Source of the DNA: Hypanus sabinus
Taxonomy: Eukaryota
Assembly: GCF_030144855.1 (NCBI RefSeq)
Contig: NC_082714.1
Span: 94,054,001 to 94,118,000 of the forward strand
Reading direction: 5' to 3'
Length of the DNA stretch: 64,000 nucleotides
Shown here in pieces: positions 1 through 12,362 of this stretch. The position numbers were made by a program, and so were the translations under genes. Every line of letters starts with the position of its first letter. Positions within the stretch are counted from its first letter, which is position 1. The notes under the pieces are model-generated. The model made no database searches and was not told the origin of the DNA. It worked only from the letters and a program-made list of their open reading frames with translations.

Positions 1-400
1 TCAGTAGCTCCTTCCTGTTTACTTTGGCCAACTCCTCTCCAATACCACTGCAGTTTCCCTTACTTCACTGAAATCCGGGTGCCCCGTTCAAGTTAACAGA
101 ATCTCCTGTCTGTTCCCCTCTCTATTGAGTTCCCTATTCCCACAGCTCCTTTCTTCTCTCTCTTTCCCTTCTGCACCACAGGCCCATGCTCAGTGCCTGT
201 AACCCTGTCCCCGTGGCATTCTCTCGGGTGGTCATCCTCCAAAAAAGTATCCAAAGCGTTATACTTGTTTTTAAGCGGAATGGCCAAAGAAGTGTTCTTC
301 TCTAAATGCCCATTTCCATTTCTCCTGACAGTCACACAGCGACTCGCCTCGCCTCCTGATACTTCGGGGTGACAATTCCCTGTAAATCTGATCAATTATA
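1..400 (-). mobile_element. CR1 LINE fragment (ORF1 esterase-like region)
   Basis: ORF 93-395: NKYNALDT...IGNSIERGTDRRFC, the degenerate GDSIVRG motif of CR1 ORF1; same sequence type at 38140-38330 and 57160-57440. Confidence 0.75.
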
Positions 401-1576
401 TCCTCGCTGTCCTTACATTAAGGAAGATTCTGCAGATCGCCCGGGAAACAGGGATAGGAAAAGAGGTCGGCAAAACTCTTGGTGATCTCATCGGAATGGT
501 GCCATAACTTACGCAATGGAACAATTGGCATTCAGTGGAAGCAGTGCATGTTGATTATCAGCAGGCCCCTTCTGACGTGATTCGCAAGAGTTTACTGAAA
601 AAAGAAATCCAGCTGTTTACAGTGTATATCCAAACACTTGGAGAGGGAACACAATGTGATATTGCCATGTTTGTTGATTATCAGGGTTATCAGGACAGTG
701 CAGAATGACTGAGTTGATGTTTACAGAGCAAAACAGGGAGGGATACAAAATACCGAAAAAAAATGTGGAACACTTGAGGTCACGTGTAGAAAAATGTTGT
801 CGATTGGAGTAACTTTCAATGGTGAAAGGGTGAGGTCAAGCGTGCAAGTTCATGTTGAAGTTTACTGCCAAACGAACATGTACACAAACGAACCACCTTT
901 CCTCTCAGGCCAAGGTGAAAAACACAGTCGATAAAGCCATACATATTAGATACAATAACGATACAACAAATGCAGTCAGCAAATAGATTTTAACACAGTG
1001 TCTGAGTGCCATGGACTGAAGGTAGACCAGTTGACATAAAGTGTGAAGTGAATGTTTACGTAAGGCAAAGTAATGTTTCTTTATCCATCTATTTATGTAT
1101 GTATGTATTTATTTGTTTGGTTGTATTTGCACAGTTTGACTTATTTGGCACATTGGCTGATTTTTGTCAGTGTTAGGCTTTTCATTACTTCCATTGTATT
1201 CATTTATATGTACTGTGAATGCCCGCAAGGCTATGAAACTCAGAATTCTGCATCATGACTTACCGCACTTTGACAGTAAATTTATTTTGAACTTTGAGTT
1301 TCATGATCCCAACCCTCTGACCACGTTCTAAATTATAAGCCTTAAATTAATAAGTCCAGTTTTTTCTCATTAGCGGTAACCCCCGGATGTTGATGGTGAA
1401 ATAAGGTCATGGAATGTCACGGGCTGGTGGTCAGATCCTTTCCTCTTGATAGTGGCCATTGCTGGAACTAATTCAGTCAGGTTGATGTTTGCTCCGACCA
1501 GCCTTGTCTGACCATTTCGGGAGTCTTGTTCCATATCTCGATAACTCACTGTCGGAAAATTACATGAATGGGGTTT

Positions 1577-1692
1577 CAAATGAACGTTCCCGGACGCAAA
1601 CGGCGACTGTCTATTTCCCGGCATAGATGCTGCAAGGCCCGTTTAGTTTTTCCAGCTCTTTAGGAATTACTCCAGATTCGAACATCTGCAGC
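1577..1692 (+). mobile_element. Degraded copy of the hammerhead-bearing mini-element
   Basis: caaatgaacgttcccggacgcaaacggcgactg...atagatgctgcaaggcccgtttagtttttccagc...catctgca aligns by eye to the 20.5-kb copy; catalytic cores mutated. Confidence 0.5.
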
Positions 1693-2282
1693 CGTTTGTA
1701 TCACCGGTGCAATTATTGCTGAACATCTCTAATTCCATCTAATGCTACCCGGAAGATTCGCTGCTGAGAGGATACTCCTTATGCCCTCTGCGTAGATTGA
1801 GTTCCACCGCAAACCCTTTGCACAATGACTGACCCCAGTGTCTGACGTTAAATAAATTTCTGCCCAAGCCCACTTTAGAGACTATCGAGAAGAAAAAAAA
1901 GCTTGTCAGTTGGGACTTACACATTTTAGCAACATACTTTATTCATTCATAAGCAAAACAATAACATGCTTTCTGCAGGAATAACACATTCTCAGATAGG
2001 AACCGTTGCATTGTCAAGCTAATTTTGGGATGGCATAGAGACCTTGTAGAAATTTGATGTGTCCTTGAAAAGTTTAGTTCTCATTAACTATTGCGAGCAT
2101 TGACTAGGGGCCGAGTGCCAGCAACACTGTTCTGGAGGAAAGCAGCCGAAACAATGTCTAAAATTTCTACAGCCCTGGATATGTGATACAACCGAAGATG
2201 AAACAAACTTGAAATTAGGGCGAAGGGTTTAAAAATCAGCAAGGTGACCATTCAAGGTTTCCTAAGGTCAGCAAGTCAATCT

Positions 2283-2336
2283 CCGCCCACATTCTTTCCC
2301 TGGCGCCGCCCACTCATTTACATCCGAATTAATAAA
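2283..2336 (+). promoter_or_regulatory. Candidate IgL promoter: two GC boxes, octamer variant ATTTACAT, AT-rich TATA-like element
   Basis: CCGCCC at 2283-2288 and 2306-2311, ATTTACAT at 2316-2323 (one mismatch to the Ig octamer ATTTGCAT), AATTAATAAA at 2327-2336, 120-170 nt upstream of the ATG. Confidence 0.55.
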
Positions 2337-2455
2337 CGGACCCGAAGACCGTAGTATGTAGACGCTGAAACCCGAGCGGTTACCGAATTTTGAAAAAAAC
2401 TGTGCACGTTTCAGTCGGAATTTTTGGGCCCTCGTTGTCTGCACCTGCCAGAGGA

Positions 2456-2504
2456 ATGTCCCCAACGCTGCATCTCCTGTGGGTTCTGCTAGCCCATTTA
2501 CCAG
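2456..2504 (+). CDS. IgL leader exon (MSPTLHLLWVLLAHLP + 1 nt)
   Basis: ATG at 2456, hydrophobic 16-codon stretch, donor CAG|GTGACG at 2505, phase 1; 107-nt intron to the V exon as is typical for Ig genes. Missed by the ORF track. Confidence 0.88.
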
Positions 2505-4952
2505 GTGACGGTCGGATTGGTTCACACACGGATTATCCGTTATAATTGCGATTACTGCTGAATTTTATTTTGCTCCAAATCACCTGTTGGTTTTATTGTG
2601 TTTTGTTGCAGTTATCCACGCGGCCCCAGTGCTCAATCAGACCCCAATGACCGGACCTGGTTCCGCTGGACAAACCGTCCGGTTAGAGTGTCGGATACAG
2701 AACGGTAATGTTGGCAGTTACCGCATGAACTGGTACCGACAACGTCCCGGGGAGAGACCGCAGTTGGTGTTAGAACATCAGACGGACAATGATATATACC
2801 GAGGGCCAGGTATTACAAACCGTTTTCAACCGTCCAGAGATACTTCCAGCAACAGTCACATCCTGACCATCAGCCGTTTGGAGTCCGGGGACTCCGCTGT
2901 CTATTACTGTGCAGCGTGGGATAGTGGAGTTATCATCGGTCCAGGCACCATCCTGGATAGTAAGAGTAAGTGACTCCCTCATTCTGCTGCAAACAATTCC
3001 GACTGCAGCCACTCTCATTCCCCACAGCTGGATAAAATCCCGTCCACAGAAGGCAGGTTCCATCTGTCTCAGTCTGGCACAAGAGACCGTTCAACCAATC
3101 GATTCAGCATCGACAATCAAAGTAATGACCGCTTGACTTGTGAATTTTTTTTTGGACACTCTTGATCTACTTCAGTCAGTGTGGCAGGATTCAGTAGTTT
3201 TTGACATCCCCTTCTCTTTAACACAATAGGGCCCGTGCATTGTATTATTGATATTGGTTTATTTTTGGTATTTTTCACAAGATGCAAAGAAAAAAAATTC
3301 TTGCATACTGTCCATAAAGATCACGTGACGACAGGGCATTAAGATAAACACAGCTTAATGCAGAATAAAAGTAAAAAAACACACAGGAAGTGCAGTGTAG
3401 ATAGAGAAGTTACATGATCATAAGGAGGTAGATTGTGAGGTAATCGCCCATCATATTGTACCAGAGAACCATTCAAATAGTCTTATTACAACGGCCCCTC
3501 TGTGATGTCAATGCAACCAGTCCCTGTTGTCTACACATTCTCCATATTACTCCATTCTCAGCACACTCTTGTCTCCATCCAACAGCTTCTTAAACGCCCC
3601 TAACGCATCTGCCTCCTGCAGCTCATGCACCCACCACTCTGTTAAAATGTAAAAATTCACCGGACTTCTTTACTTTTTTTCTTCCCTCAGCTTAAATTTC
3701 TGCCTTGGGGAGGAAATCTTGAATGTCGATCCAATCGCGCTCTCCCACACTTTCTGAACAATGTTCACACCTAATTCGGGGAAATGATCGCTGCCACAAG
3801 CATGTCATCTGCTCTTCCCTCTTCCTTCACCACCTCTGAGAACATGTTTGTCCCGAATATTCCACATTTTTCTGTGTGATGTAAATCCTGGAACACGGGC
3901 AGGGTGTTCACCATTTCAAGCTAACGCAATTCGCTGTTTCTGATTAAGAACCGCATCATTATCATTGTAGAAAACACAGGAGAAAAACGTCAGACTTAAA
4001 ATAATACACGCTGGGGGAAAGTGTTGGGCAGACAACTGATTGGTTCGGAATGCAATCTGGTTCTGAACGAGTAGTTTCGACTTTTCTCGCTTCTTACTGG
4101 TTCACAGACCAGCTCATTTTTCCCGTCATTTTCTCTTCAGTTACTGCGTACCGAATATTGGATATTCACTGAGCTTTCCCGACCTCGGGGCATCCCAAGG
4201 ATCCTTCGTTCTATAAACAACTGAAGGATTAATATTGACAGTTATTGTCCGAAGAGTTCAAGGTTTGGGAATTATTAGAGAACAAGGAACTGGTCTCACC
4301 AGAGGAACCATTCGTATGGGCACGGTGTGGGCAATTAGCGAAGTGTTTGAGTAGAGTTGAAGTTATCTTTTAACACAATACAGTTCCGAGAGCAGAATAG
4401 ATTCAAAACCAATTTTTTATCTAAATGCCGTCACGTCGTAGCCGTGCAATGCTGCGAATAATCCGGGTTAATCTTCAATCAAACGATTGTACCCGAACAG
4501 TCACAAATGCCGTATACTGTGTTCCAATGCCTGTGCTAATTTCGGCGCTGGTGTTTGTATCTCTAAACAGTCAATGTAATAATGTTTTTTCTATTCCCCT
4601 CCGTCTTCTCTCTTACACAGGTAGTGAGTCCCGGGAGCCCACAGTTCTGCTGCTCCCCACCCCCTCTCCGGATGAGACCGACTCGGGTTCTGCCACTCTC
4701 TCCTTTCTGATGAGTGGTTTTAAGCCGGGCTTAGTAGCGCTGCGCTGGACCGTGGATGGAGTCGAGACGGAAAGCGGGGTGACGACAGGCGCCGTGTTCC
4801 TGGACACCGACCAGATCTACAGACTGAGTAGTTACCTGCGGGTTCCCGCCGCTGCCTGGAACAAGGGCTCGAGCTATTCCTGCAGCGTGAGCCACAGCTC
4901 GCTGAGCTCGCCGCTGCTCAACACCATCTCCTCGTCCGCCTGTGCGCAGTGA
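2456..4952 (+). CDS. IgL: Germline-joined immunoglobulin light chain, type I / NS5 (sigma-cart) class; join(2456..2504,2612..2965,4621..4952), 244 aa
   Basis: Three exons with GT-AG phase-1 introns splice into one 735-nt ORF: MSPTLHLLWVLLAHLPVIHA-APVLNQTP...CAAWDSGVIIGPGTILDSK-SSESREPTVLLLPTPSP...SSSACAQ*. V start (PVLNQTP), RFQPSRDTSSNSHILTI and C-domain SSYLRVPAAAWNKGSSYSC...TISSSAC match my recollection of elasmobranch type I/NS5 chains (not database-checked). Confidence 0.92.
2612..2965 (+). CDS. IgL fused VJ exon
   Basis: Acceptor ttttgttgcag| at 2611; Cys 2689-2691, Trp 2731-2733 (WYRQ), DSAVYYC Cys 2908-2910, J-like IGPGTILD; donor A|GTAAGT at 2966; no heptamer/nonamer between V and J parts. 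Confidence 0.93.
4621..4952 (+). CDS. IgL constant (C1-set) exon
   Basis: Long polypyrimidine acceptor ...ctcttacacag| at 4620; C1 pattern ATLS(F)LMSGFKPG-ALRWTVDG-YRLSSYL-W-YSCSVSH; terminal Cys 4941-4943 for the H-L bond; TGA 4950-4952. B-strand Cys is TTT (Phe) at 4704-4706. Confidence 0.93.
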
Positions 4953-5168
4953 GAGTTTACCAACTAGCAGAACACGCGGATTGTTTGCTCCTTTTTAATG
5001 CAGTAAGGCAATCATTAGGTCTGTGTAGCAGCACAATGCAATGTGATTGTGTAGTAATGTTGGCTTATGTAAACATCAGAATGGTTAATAACCTGTCGGA
5101 ATATCGCTGTGTGTAGACTCATGAGAGATCTCCCGTGCTGTGATTTGAACTTGTGTAACATAACTCTA

Positions 5169-5174
5169 AATAAA
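5169..5174 (+). terminator. Candidate polyadenylation signal of the IgL gene
   Basis: First AATAAA I found downstream of the stop codon (about 217 nt), followed by GT/T-rich sequence. Confidence 0.5.
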
Positions 5175-5940
5175 AGAGGAATCAGCGGTAGAATTATCGT
5201 GTCTTGTCTTTTCTCGGCTGCTCAACATTTCTCAACATTCTCACTGCCGTTTGGCCAACGTCTTACCATCATTGGGTGTGTTACGGTGTTGGAATGTTTG
5301 CCCGTGACTTGATCATGTTCTCCAGGGATTCCGTTAGTTCGTGAATGACGGCTATCGGCCTCACTTCGCACCCTGACGTTATCATCACACCCACACTCAC
5401 ACATTAGCTTCTGTAACTCATGGTTATATTCAAAGTTTAAGGTAAATATTTTATCAAAGTCTGTATACGTCGTCATGTGCGACCATAAATGAGATTGATG
5501 TTCATACAGGTATTCACAATAGAATAAAGAAGTACAATGGATGGAATGAAAAAAAAAACTACACACAAAGACTGAGAAGCACGAAGACGAATAACCGCAA
5601 AGAAATAATTGGTTAGAAAAAAGATATATAGATAAATAAATAAATAAAACTCTCACATAGATAAATCAATTAAAATCAGTCAATCTTAAATAAATAAACA
5701 AGCAATAAAAGGATCAATACATAAATAATACTGAGGACATGAGTTTGAAAGTGAGTCTATAGATTACGGAATCAGTTCAGAGATGTGGTGATTAAAGATA
5801 TCAACTTTAGTTTAGGGCAATGATGGTTGAACTTTTCCTGAAACGTGTAGTGCGGGAACTAACGAACATCTGTAATTGTCAGATGGGAGAGAGTTGCTGA
5901 AGCGCGAAACAAGAGATGACTACTGAGACCCGTTTAATTA

Positions 5941-6925
5941 TAGAGACATAGAAATACAGAAAACGTACAGCTCAATAGAGGCCATTCGGCCCACAAAGTA
6001 GTGCCGAATATGTCCCTACCCTAGAAATTACGAGGCTTACCTGTAGCGCTCTATTTTAGTAAACTCCACGTACCTATCTAAAACTCTCTTAAAAAACTGT
6101 ATCGTATCCACCTGCACCACCGTTGCCGGCAGCCCATTCTACGCACTCACCACTCACTGAGTAAAAAAAAACGTACAGCTGACATCTCCTCTGTACCTAC
6201 TCCCCAGTACTTTGAACCTGTTTCTTTTTGTGGCAAACATTTCAGCCCTGGGGAAAAAAAACCTATGACTATCCACACGATCAGTGCCTCTCATCATCTT
6301 ATACACCTCTATCTATCAGGTCAGCTCTCAACCTTCATTGCTCCAAGGAGGAAAGGCAGAGTTCCAGGCAACATCCTTGTAAATCTCCTTTGCACCCTTT
6401 CTATGGCTTCCACATCCTTTCTGTAGTGAGGCGATCAGAAATGAGCACAGTACTCCAAGTAGGGTCTGACCGGGGTCTTATATAGCTGCAACATTACCTC
6501 TCCGCTCCTAAATTCAATTCCACGATTGATGAAGGCCAATACACCGTAAGCCTTCTTAACCACAGAGTCAACCTGCGCAGCTGCTTTGTGAGTCCTATGG
6601 ACTAGGACACCAAGATCCCTCTGAACTTCCACACTGCCAAGAGTCTTACTATTAATACTATATTCTGCCATAATATTTGAGGTACCAAAATGAACCACTT
6701 CACACTTATTTGGGTTGAACTCAATCTGCCACTGCTCAACCCAGATTTGCATCCTATCAATGTCCCGCTGTATCCTCTGACAGCCCTCCACACTATCCAC
6801 AAAACTTCCAACCTTTGTGTCATCAGCAAACTTACTAACCCATCTCTCCAGGTGCTTTATAATAATCACCAAGAATCAGGGTCCCAAAACAGATCGCTAA
6901 GGCACCCCAGTGGTGACCGACCTCA
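5941..6925 (-). mobile_element. 5'-truncated CR1 LINE (RT C-terminus + 3' UTR)
   Basis: ORF 6435-6872: SKFADDTK...FNPNKCEVVHFG...RPYLEYCAHF; (ATAGAAAC)-type tail at 5941. Confidence 0.9.
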
Positions 6926-7597
6926 TGTTAAAGTTACATTTTGTCTGACCAATAACGTGGTCTTTATAGAGAGTGTGGCTGATAAGACGTCTGCGAGTGT
7001 TAGCTCCACGCACACACAACGAATTCAGTACATTTCACACAAATTATGTACGGATGCATTACCTGCTGATTTTTTTTTTCAAGAAAAAAAAAAAAAAAAA
7101 AAGAATTTGGTGTAGAAATCTCACTTCATCATTAATGAGGTTTTTATTTTGTTTGGATTGTGTTAACCTATTCCTGGACTGTGCTCATCACTCAATTTAT
7201 GGACTCTACAGAGCAACCTGCGCGACGTTGAAGAAAATAAATCCTATCCATAAGATAAAAGGCAAATGAATAATCTGGCAAATGACGCCCACACTTGGTT
7301 TACTGCAACAATTAACATTCTTAACGTTTCAAAACATCTTTGAAAATGCTGGGACTGTCAAGCGCACTATAAGACACTGAAAACAGAAAAGTCAATGAAC
7401 ATGAACAAAATACGTTAAATATTATAAAACATTAGCTTTATCTGGCATACCTAGAAAGAAACATAGTGCACCGTTTCCGTCAATTCAATTCAAAACGATT
7501 GTGCTGAGCACAGAGCGGAAGAGTCACCACGCTTTCGGTGACAACATGCATTTGGTATTTATTCATTTACCTATTGTCTGTCTTTATATCTATCTAA

Positions 7598-7764
7598 NNN
7601 NNNNNNNNNNNNNNNNNNNNNNNNNNNNNNNNNNNNNNNNNNNNNNNNNNNNNNNNNNNNNNNNNNNNNNNNNNNNNNNNNNNNNNNNNNNNNNNNNNNN
7701 NNNNNNNNNNNNNNNNNNNNNNNNNNNNNNNNNNNNNNNNNNNNNNNNNNNNNNNNNNNNNNNN
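7598..7764. other. Assembly gap
   Basis: 167 N. Confidence 1.
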
Positions 7765-7898
7765 TTAACAGACCCTTCGCACGCCCATCAACCCACTATT
7801 TTGACCCAAGCGCAATCACGCAACATTTTGCAATAATCAACCAACCTAACAACCGGTACTTCTTTTGCCTGTGGAAGGAAACCAGAAAACCTGGAGGA

Positions 7899-8417
7899 TG
7901 TTGCAACAGTCAGTATTTGTCTTTTTCTGTGTTTTCCCCATCGCCTTCAGTCTGTGGTTTTGTATTGCCACGTGCTCTTGTTTGTTTTCATGCCCCATGT
8001 TCCCTTGTCTCCGTTCCTGCTCCAATTCGGCCCTGGTATTACTGAGTACTCCGTCTCTCGCCTGTTTCTCATTATTACCTGTTTTGCTGCTTCTTCCGTC
8101 TCCTTGTACCCCACCTATCATCTGCAGCTCTGTTTATTGCTCAGTGTATTTTAGCCTTGCGTTTTCACTTGTTAATTGTTAGATTGCCCCAGTGAATGTT
8201 CCTGAGCATTTCCAGCATTCGTATCTGTACTCTGTACGTCTGAAAATCGACTCTACTTGTTTCCTGATTCTTGGTGTTTGGATTTCTCTGGATGTTTTGA
8301 TCACTGCCTGAACTTTGACGCCGACTTTGTTTGCACTTTGGAATTTCTTACTCAATTAATATCACTGTGTGCACAGTACTGGTTCTGCGACTGGATCCCT
8401 GCTCCAGCGTCCTGACA
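7899..8417 (+). mobile_element. Probable Gypsy-type solo LTR
   Basis: Pyrimidine-rich LTR-like body ending ...ggatccctgctccagcgtcctgACA; interrupts a SINE-like sequence. Left boundary and TSD not established. Confidence 0.45.
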
Positions 8418-9300
8418 GCACCTTAAACTCTATAACTGGCATGTGAGTTTTGTAGATAACTGGAACATTTCATGAACATTTTCACAGCCATGATTGAAAA
8501 GCGCCTGAAATGCACACGCAGAGAGGAAGTATTGCACATTTACAATAAACATTTAAACATTATGATTTACTGAATTATAAATAATCCTTGGTATAAAACC
8601 TTAAGACTGCGTACTGGAAAGGTGAGCAGTAATAATTTGGTGGAAATAGGAGACAGCCATACACCGGGATGTAGTCTGTGAACCAGAATCAGCAACTTCA
8701 AAATGGTGAAGGTTCGCTTTTCTACAGCGCCTATTATCTCCTCTTTGATCCCCTCCCCCCCATCCGGAGTATCACGAGCGTCATGCAGCTTACTTTCCGA
8801 CTTGTGTCATAAATGCACCGTATGCTGTATGTTAATTATCTGGAACATATACCATTAAGTGTTAAGTTATTTGTCGTAGTACTATTTTCTGTGTTGATTG
8901 TGAATTATATGCATCTTGTTGTGCATCTTGGTGGGGATTCATTTGATTGAATGACTATGAACCTCACCTTGAACTTCAAGTCGTAAGTGGTAAATATCAT
9001 TAGCCGAATGAGCGTTAGGAAGTGGTGTAATTTGTCATCAATATGTCCTCAGATGGCGCCGATAAATGCCGTCACTTTGCGAACATCTCCGATGGGAATA
9101 GTCAAAACTTTCCATTTCGGATGCGACAGCTGAAATCCATAGCCACTGGTGCGTCACCAAGAAACATTGACGAACTCCATTGCCGTTGCTTTATCCTTCA
9201 AGTGTTTCAAGCATTTTCTATTTCTCTTGATGTTGTAATTAGCTTGTAAAACCCACTTGCATAATAATATATATCTGGATATCTGGTGAGTGGAGATGCA

Positions 9301-11935
9301 CATAAGACCATAAGATTATAAGACAATGGAACAGAAGTAGGCCATTAGGCCCATCGAGTTTACTCCGACATCTCACAGCGGCCAAGCTCTCCTCTTTTGT
9401 TAATCCCGTCATTCTCTGAATCATCCTCGCGAACCTCCTCTGGACTCTGTCCAATGACAACACATCCTTTCTGAGCTCTACTGCCCAAAACGCATGTCAG
9501 TATTCTAACTGCGGCCTGACTAGCGCCTTATAACGGTTCAGCATTATCTCCTTGCTTTTATATTCTATTCCCCTTGAAATAAGTGCCAACATTGCAATTG
9601 TGTTATTTACCACAGACGCAATCTGTAAATTAACCTTCAGGGAGTCTTGCCGGAGGACTGCTAAGTCCATTTGCACCCCTGATGTTTGAACCCTCTCCCC
9701 AATTAGATAATAATGTTCAATATTGTTCATTTTACCAAAATGCACTATCATATATTTCCCAACACTGTATTCCACTTGCTCCTTTTTCGCTCAGTCTTTT
9801 TATTTGTCTAAGACGTGCTGCAATCATATTGCTTCCTCGGCACTGCCTACCCTCCAACTATCTTCTTATCATCTGCAATGTTTGCCACAAAGCCATCAAT
9901 TCTACTATCTAAATCATTGACAAACAATGTGAAAAGCAGCGATCCCAGTAGTGACCCCAGACATCAATAGTCACCGGCAGCCAATCAGAAAAGCCCTATT
10001 TAACTCGTATTCACGGCCTCCTGCCTCTCAGTTATTCCACTATCCATGGTAGTATCTTTCCTGTAACACGGTCGGATTACATTTTGTTAAGCAGACTCCT
10101 GTGTGGCACTTTATTAAACGTCTTCTGAAAATCCAAGTAAATCACATCCACTGCCTCTCCTTTGTCAACACTGATTGTTTCTTCCTCGATAAACTAAAAG
10201 ACGTGCAAGATTTCTCTTTGCAGAAGCGATGATGACTTTGACTTTTCTTGTTATTAGTCTTCAAGTACCTCGAAACCTCATCCTTGGTTATAGCCTCCAA
10301 CACTTTCACAACAACTGAGATTAGACTAACTGGCCTGCAATGTCCTTCCTTAAAGTGTGAAGTAAATTTTTAATCTACTAGTCCTTCACGTCATGCCGGA
10401 ATGAGGTGATTCTTGAAAGATCGTGACCAGTGCATCAGTTAGCTTTTCAGCAACCCCTCTCAGCAAGCTTAAGATCCTTCAGTTTGCCTATCACTTTTTC
10501 CTTTGTAATAGCAATGACACTCACAGACCTCTGGCATACTGCTAGTGTCATCCACAGTGAATAAAAATGTAACGTGCCCATGAAGGTCATCTGCCATTTT
10601 TTGTCTCCCATTACTACATCACCAGCATCATTTTCCGGTGGTCAAATATCAGCACTCACCTCCTTTTTACTCTTTATGTAACTGCAAAATTTTGGTATCC
10701 TGCTCTCTATTAACGACTAGTCTGTCCGCATATTTCAACCTTTCTCTTCTTGTTGGTGTTTAGTTGCCTTTTGTCGGATTTTCAAAGCTTATCAATCATC
10801 CAACTTCCTACATACATTTGCTATCTTATCTGTCCATTCCTTTGATATTAGGCAGTACGTAATTTCCTTTGTCAGCCACCGCTGCTATTTGAGAACTTCG
10901 TCCTCTGTGAGACGTATCTATCCCGTGACTTGTGAACTATTCCCATAAAATTCAGCTGACCCTGCTCTGCGGTCATCCCCGCCAGTATCCTTCTTCAATC
11001 TACCTCGGCAAGCTCCTCTCTCATGCCTCTGTAATTCCCTTTATTCCGTTGAGTTACTCTTACTTGTGAGTTACACTTCTCTCTTTCAAATTGCAGTACG
11101 AATTCAATGATATGATCACTGCCTCTTGAGTGTTCCATGACGTTAAGCTACCTAATAGGATCTGGGATATTATACAACACCATCTTTAAGATAGCTTTTC
11201 GGCGAGTAGGCTTAATCGCAAGTTGCTTCAAAAAGACATCTCTGAGGCACCGTAAATTCCATCCGACATCAACTTGACTTTTCCAATCTCCATGCATATT
11301 GAAGTTTCCCATTATAATTGTTGCATTAACCCAATTACATGTCTTTTGAAGATCTCTTTGCAATCTCAATCCCATATCCTGGCTACTGTTAGGAGTCGTA
11401 TGTATGATTCCCAGAATACCTATACATGATTCCTATAATGTTTTTTTTTTACCACTGCACTTTCACAACTTCACCCACAAAGATTCAACATTCCCGACCT
11501 TGTCAACTCTTTCTAAAGATGTAATTCTATCCGTTAGAAACATAACCCAGTCACCACCTATGCATTCCTGCCTGTACTTTCAATATAAATTATATCCCTT
11601 GATGTTCAGCTCCCAGCTCTGGCCTTCTTTGAAACACGACTCAGTGAAACCTACAACGTCATGCCAACAAAGCTCTATTTGCGCCACAAGTTCGTCACTT
11701 CAAGCCGAATGTTAGGCACATTGAAATACATCACCTTCATTCCTGCATTTTCACCCTTTTGAAATTTGCCTCTGTACATTTTAACATTTGCTCTGTTTGC
11801 ATTTGAACGCGATCTATGGCTTGTTATTCAATACATTCAGGTTACACCGATCATCTACTCATAAACATGCTGGCTCACCCTGAACTCTGCCATTCTAGTT
11901 CTTATACTCCAGCAATATTAGTTTAATCCAGATCC
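9301..11935 (-). mobile_element. Old, internally deleted CR1 LINE
   Basis: Tail cataagaccataag at 9301; ORF remnants 9497-9775 (GIEYKSKEIMLNRYKALVRPQLEY) and endonuclease-like 11148-11375 (IMGNFNMHGDW). Confidence 0.8.
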
Positions 11936-11947
11936 AACTCCTCTAAT

Positions 11948-12362
11948 AAACAGACAATAGACAATAGACAGTAGGTGTAGGAGAAGGCTATTCGGCCCTT
12001 CTAGCCAGCACCACGATTCTCTTTGATCATGGCTGATCATACACAATCAGTATTCAGTCCCTGCCCTTTCCCCATATCCCTTGACCCCGCTATCTATAAG
12101 AGCTTTATCTAATCTCTCTTGAATGCATCCAGAGACATAGCCTTCACTGCCTTCGGGGGCTGAGCACTCCACATATCCACCACTCTCTGGGAGAAAACGT
12201 TTTTCCGCATCTATGTTCTAAATGGCCAACCCCTTATTCGTAAACTGTGGCCTTTAGTTCTGGACTCACCCATCAGCGGGAACATGCTTCCTGCCTCCAG
12301 CGTGTCCAATCGCTTAATAATCTTAAATGTTTCAATCAGATCCCCTCTCATCCTTTTAATCT
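11948..12362 (-). mobile_element. CR1 3'-end fragment, (CTATTG)n-tailed family
   Basis: aatagacaatagacaatagac tail; same family as 13505-15574 in opposite orientation (RGDLIETFKIIK). Confidence 0.85.

Noticed and set aside
2587-2973. ORF-track 128-aa protein starting at TTG 2587
   Set aside because: The first residues are intron polypyrimidine tract and the stop lies in the intron; the real exon is 2612-2965 with a separate leader exon.
4425-4620. N-terminal 65 aa of the 175-aa ORF 4425-4952
   Set aside because: Intron sequence read through in frame; coding begins at the acceptor 4620/4621.
7071-7102. Back-to-back T9 and long A run
   Set aside because: Homopolymers near a gap; no TSD or attached element body identified.
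8728-8860. Acceptor followed by PIISSLIPSPP, superficially a C1-domain start
   Set aside because: No C1 Cys/Trp pattern follows and the frame soon stops in AT-rich repeat tail.
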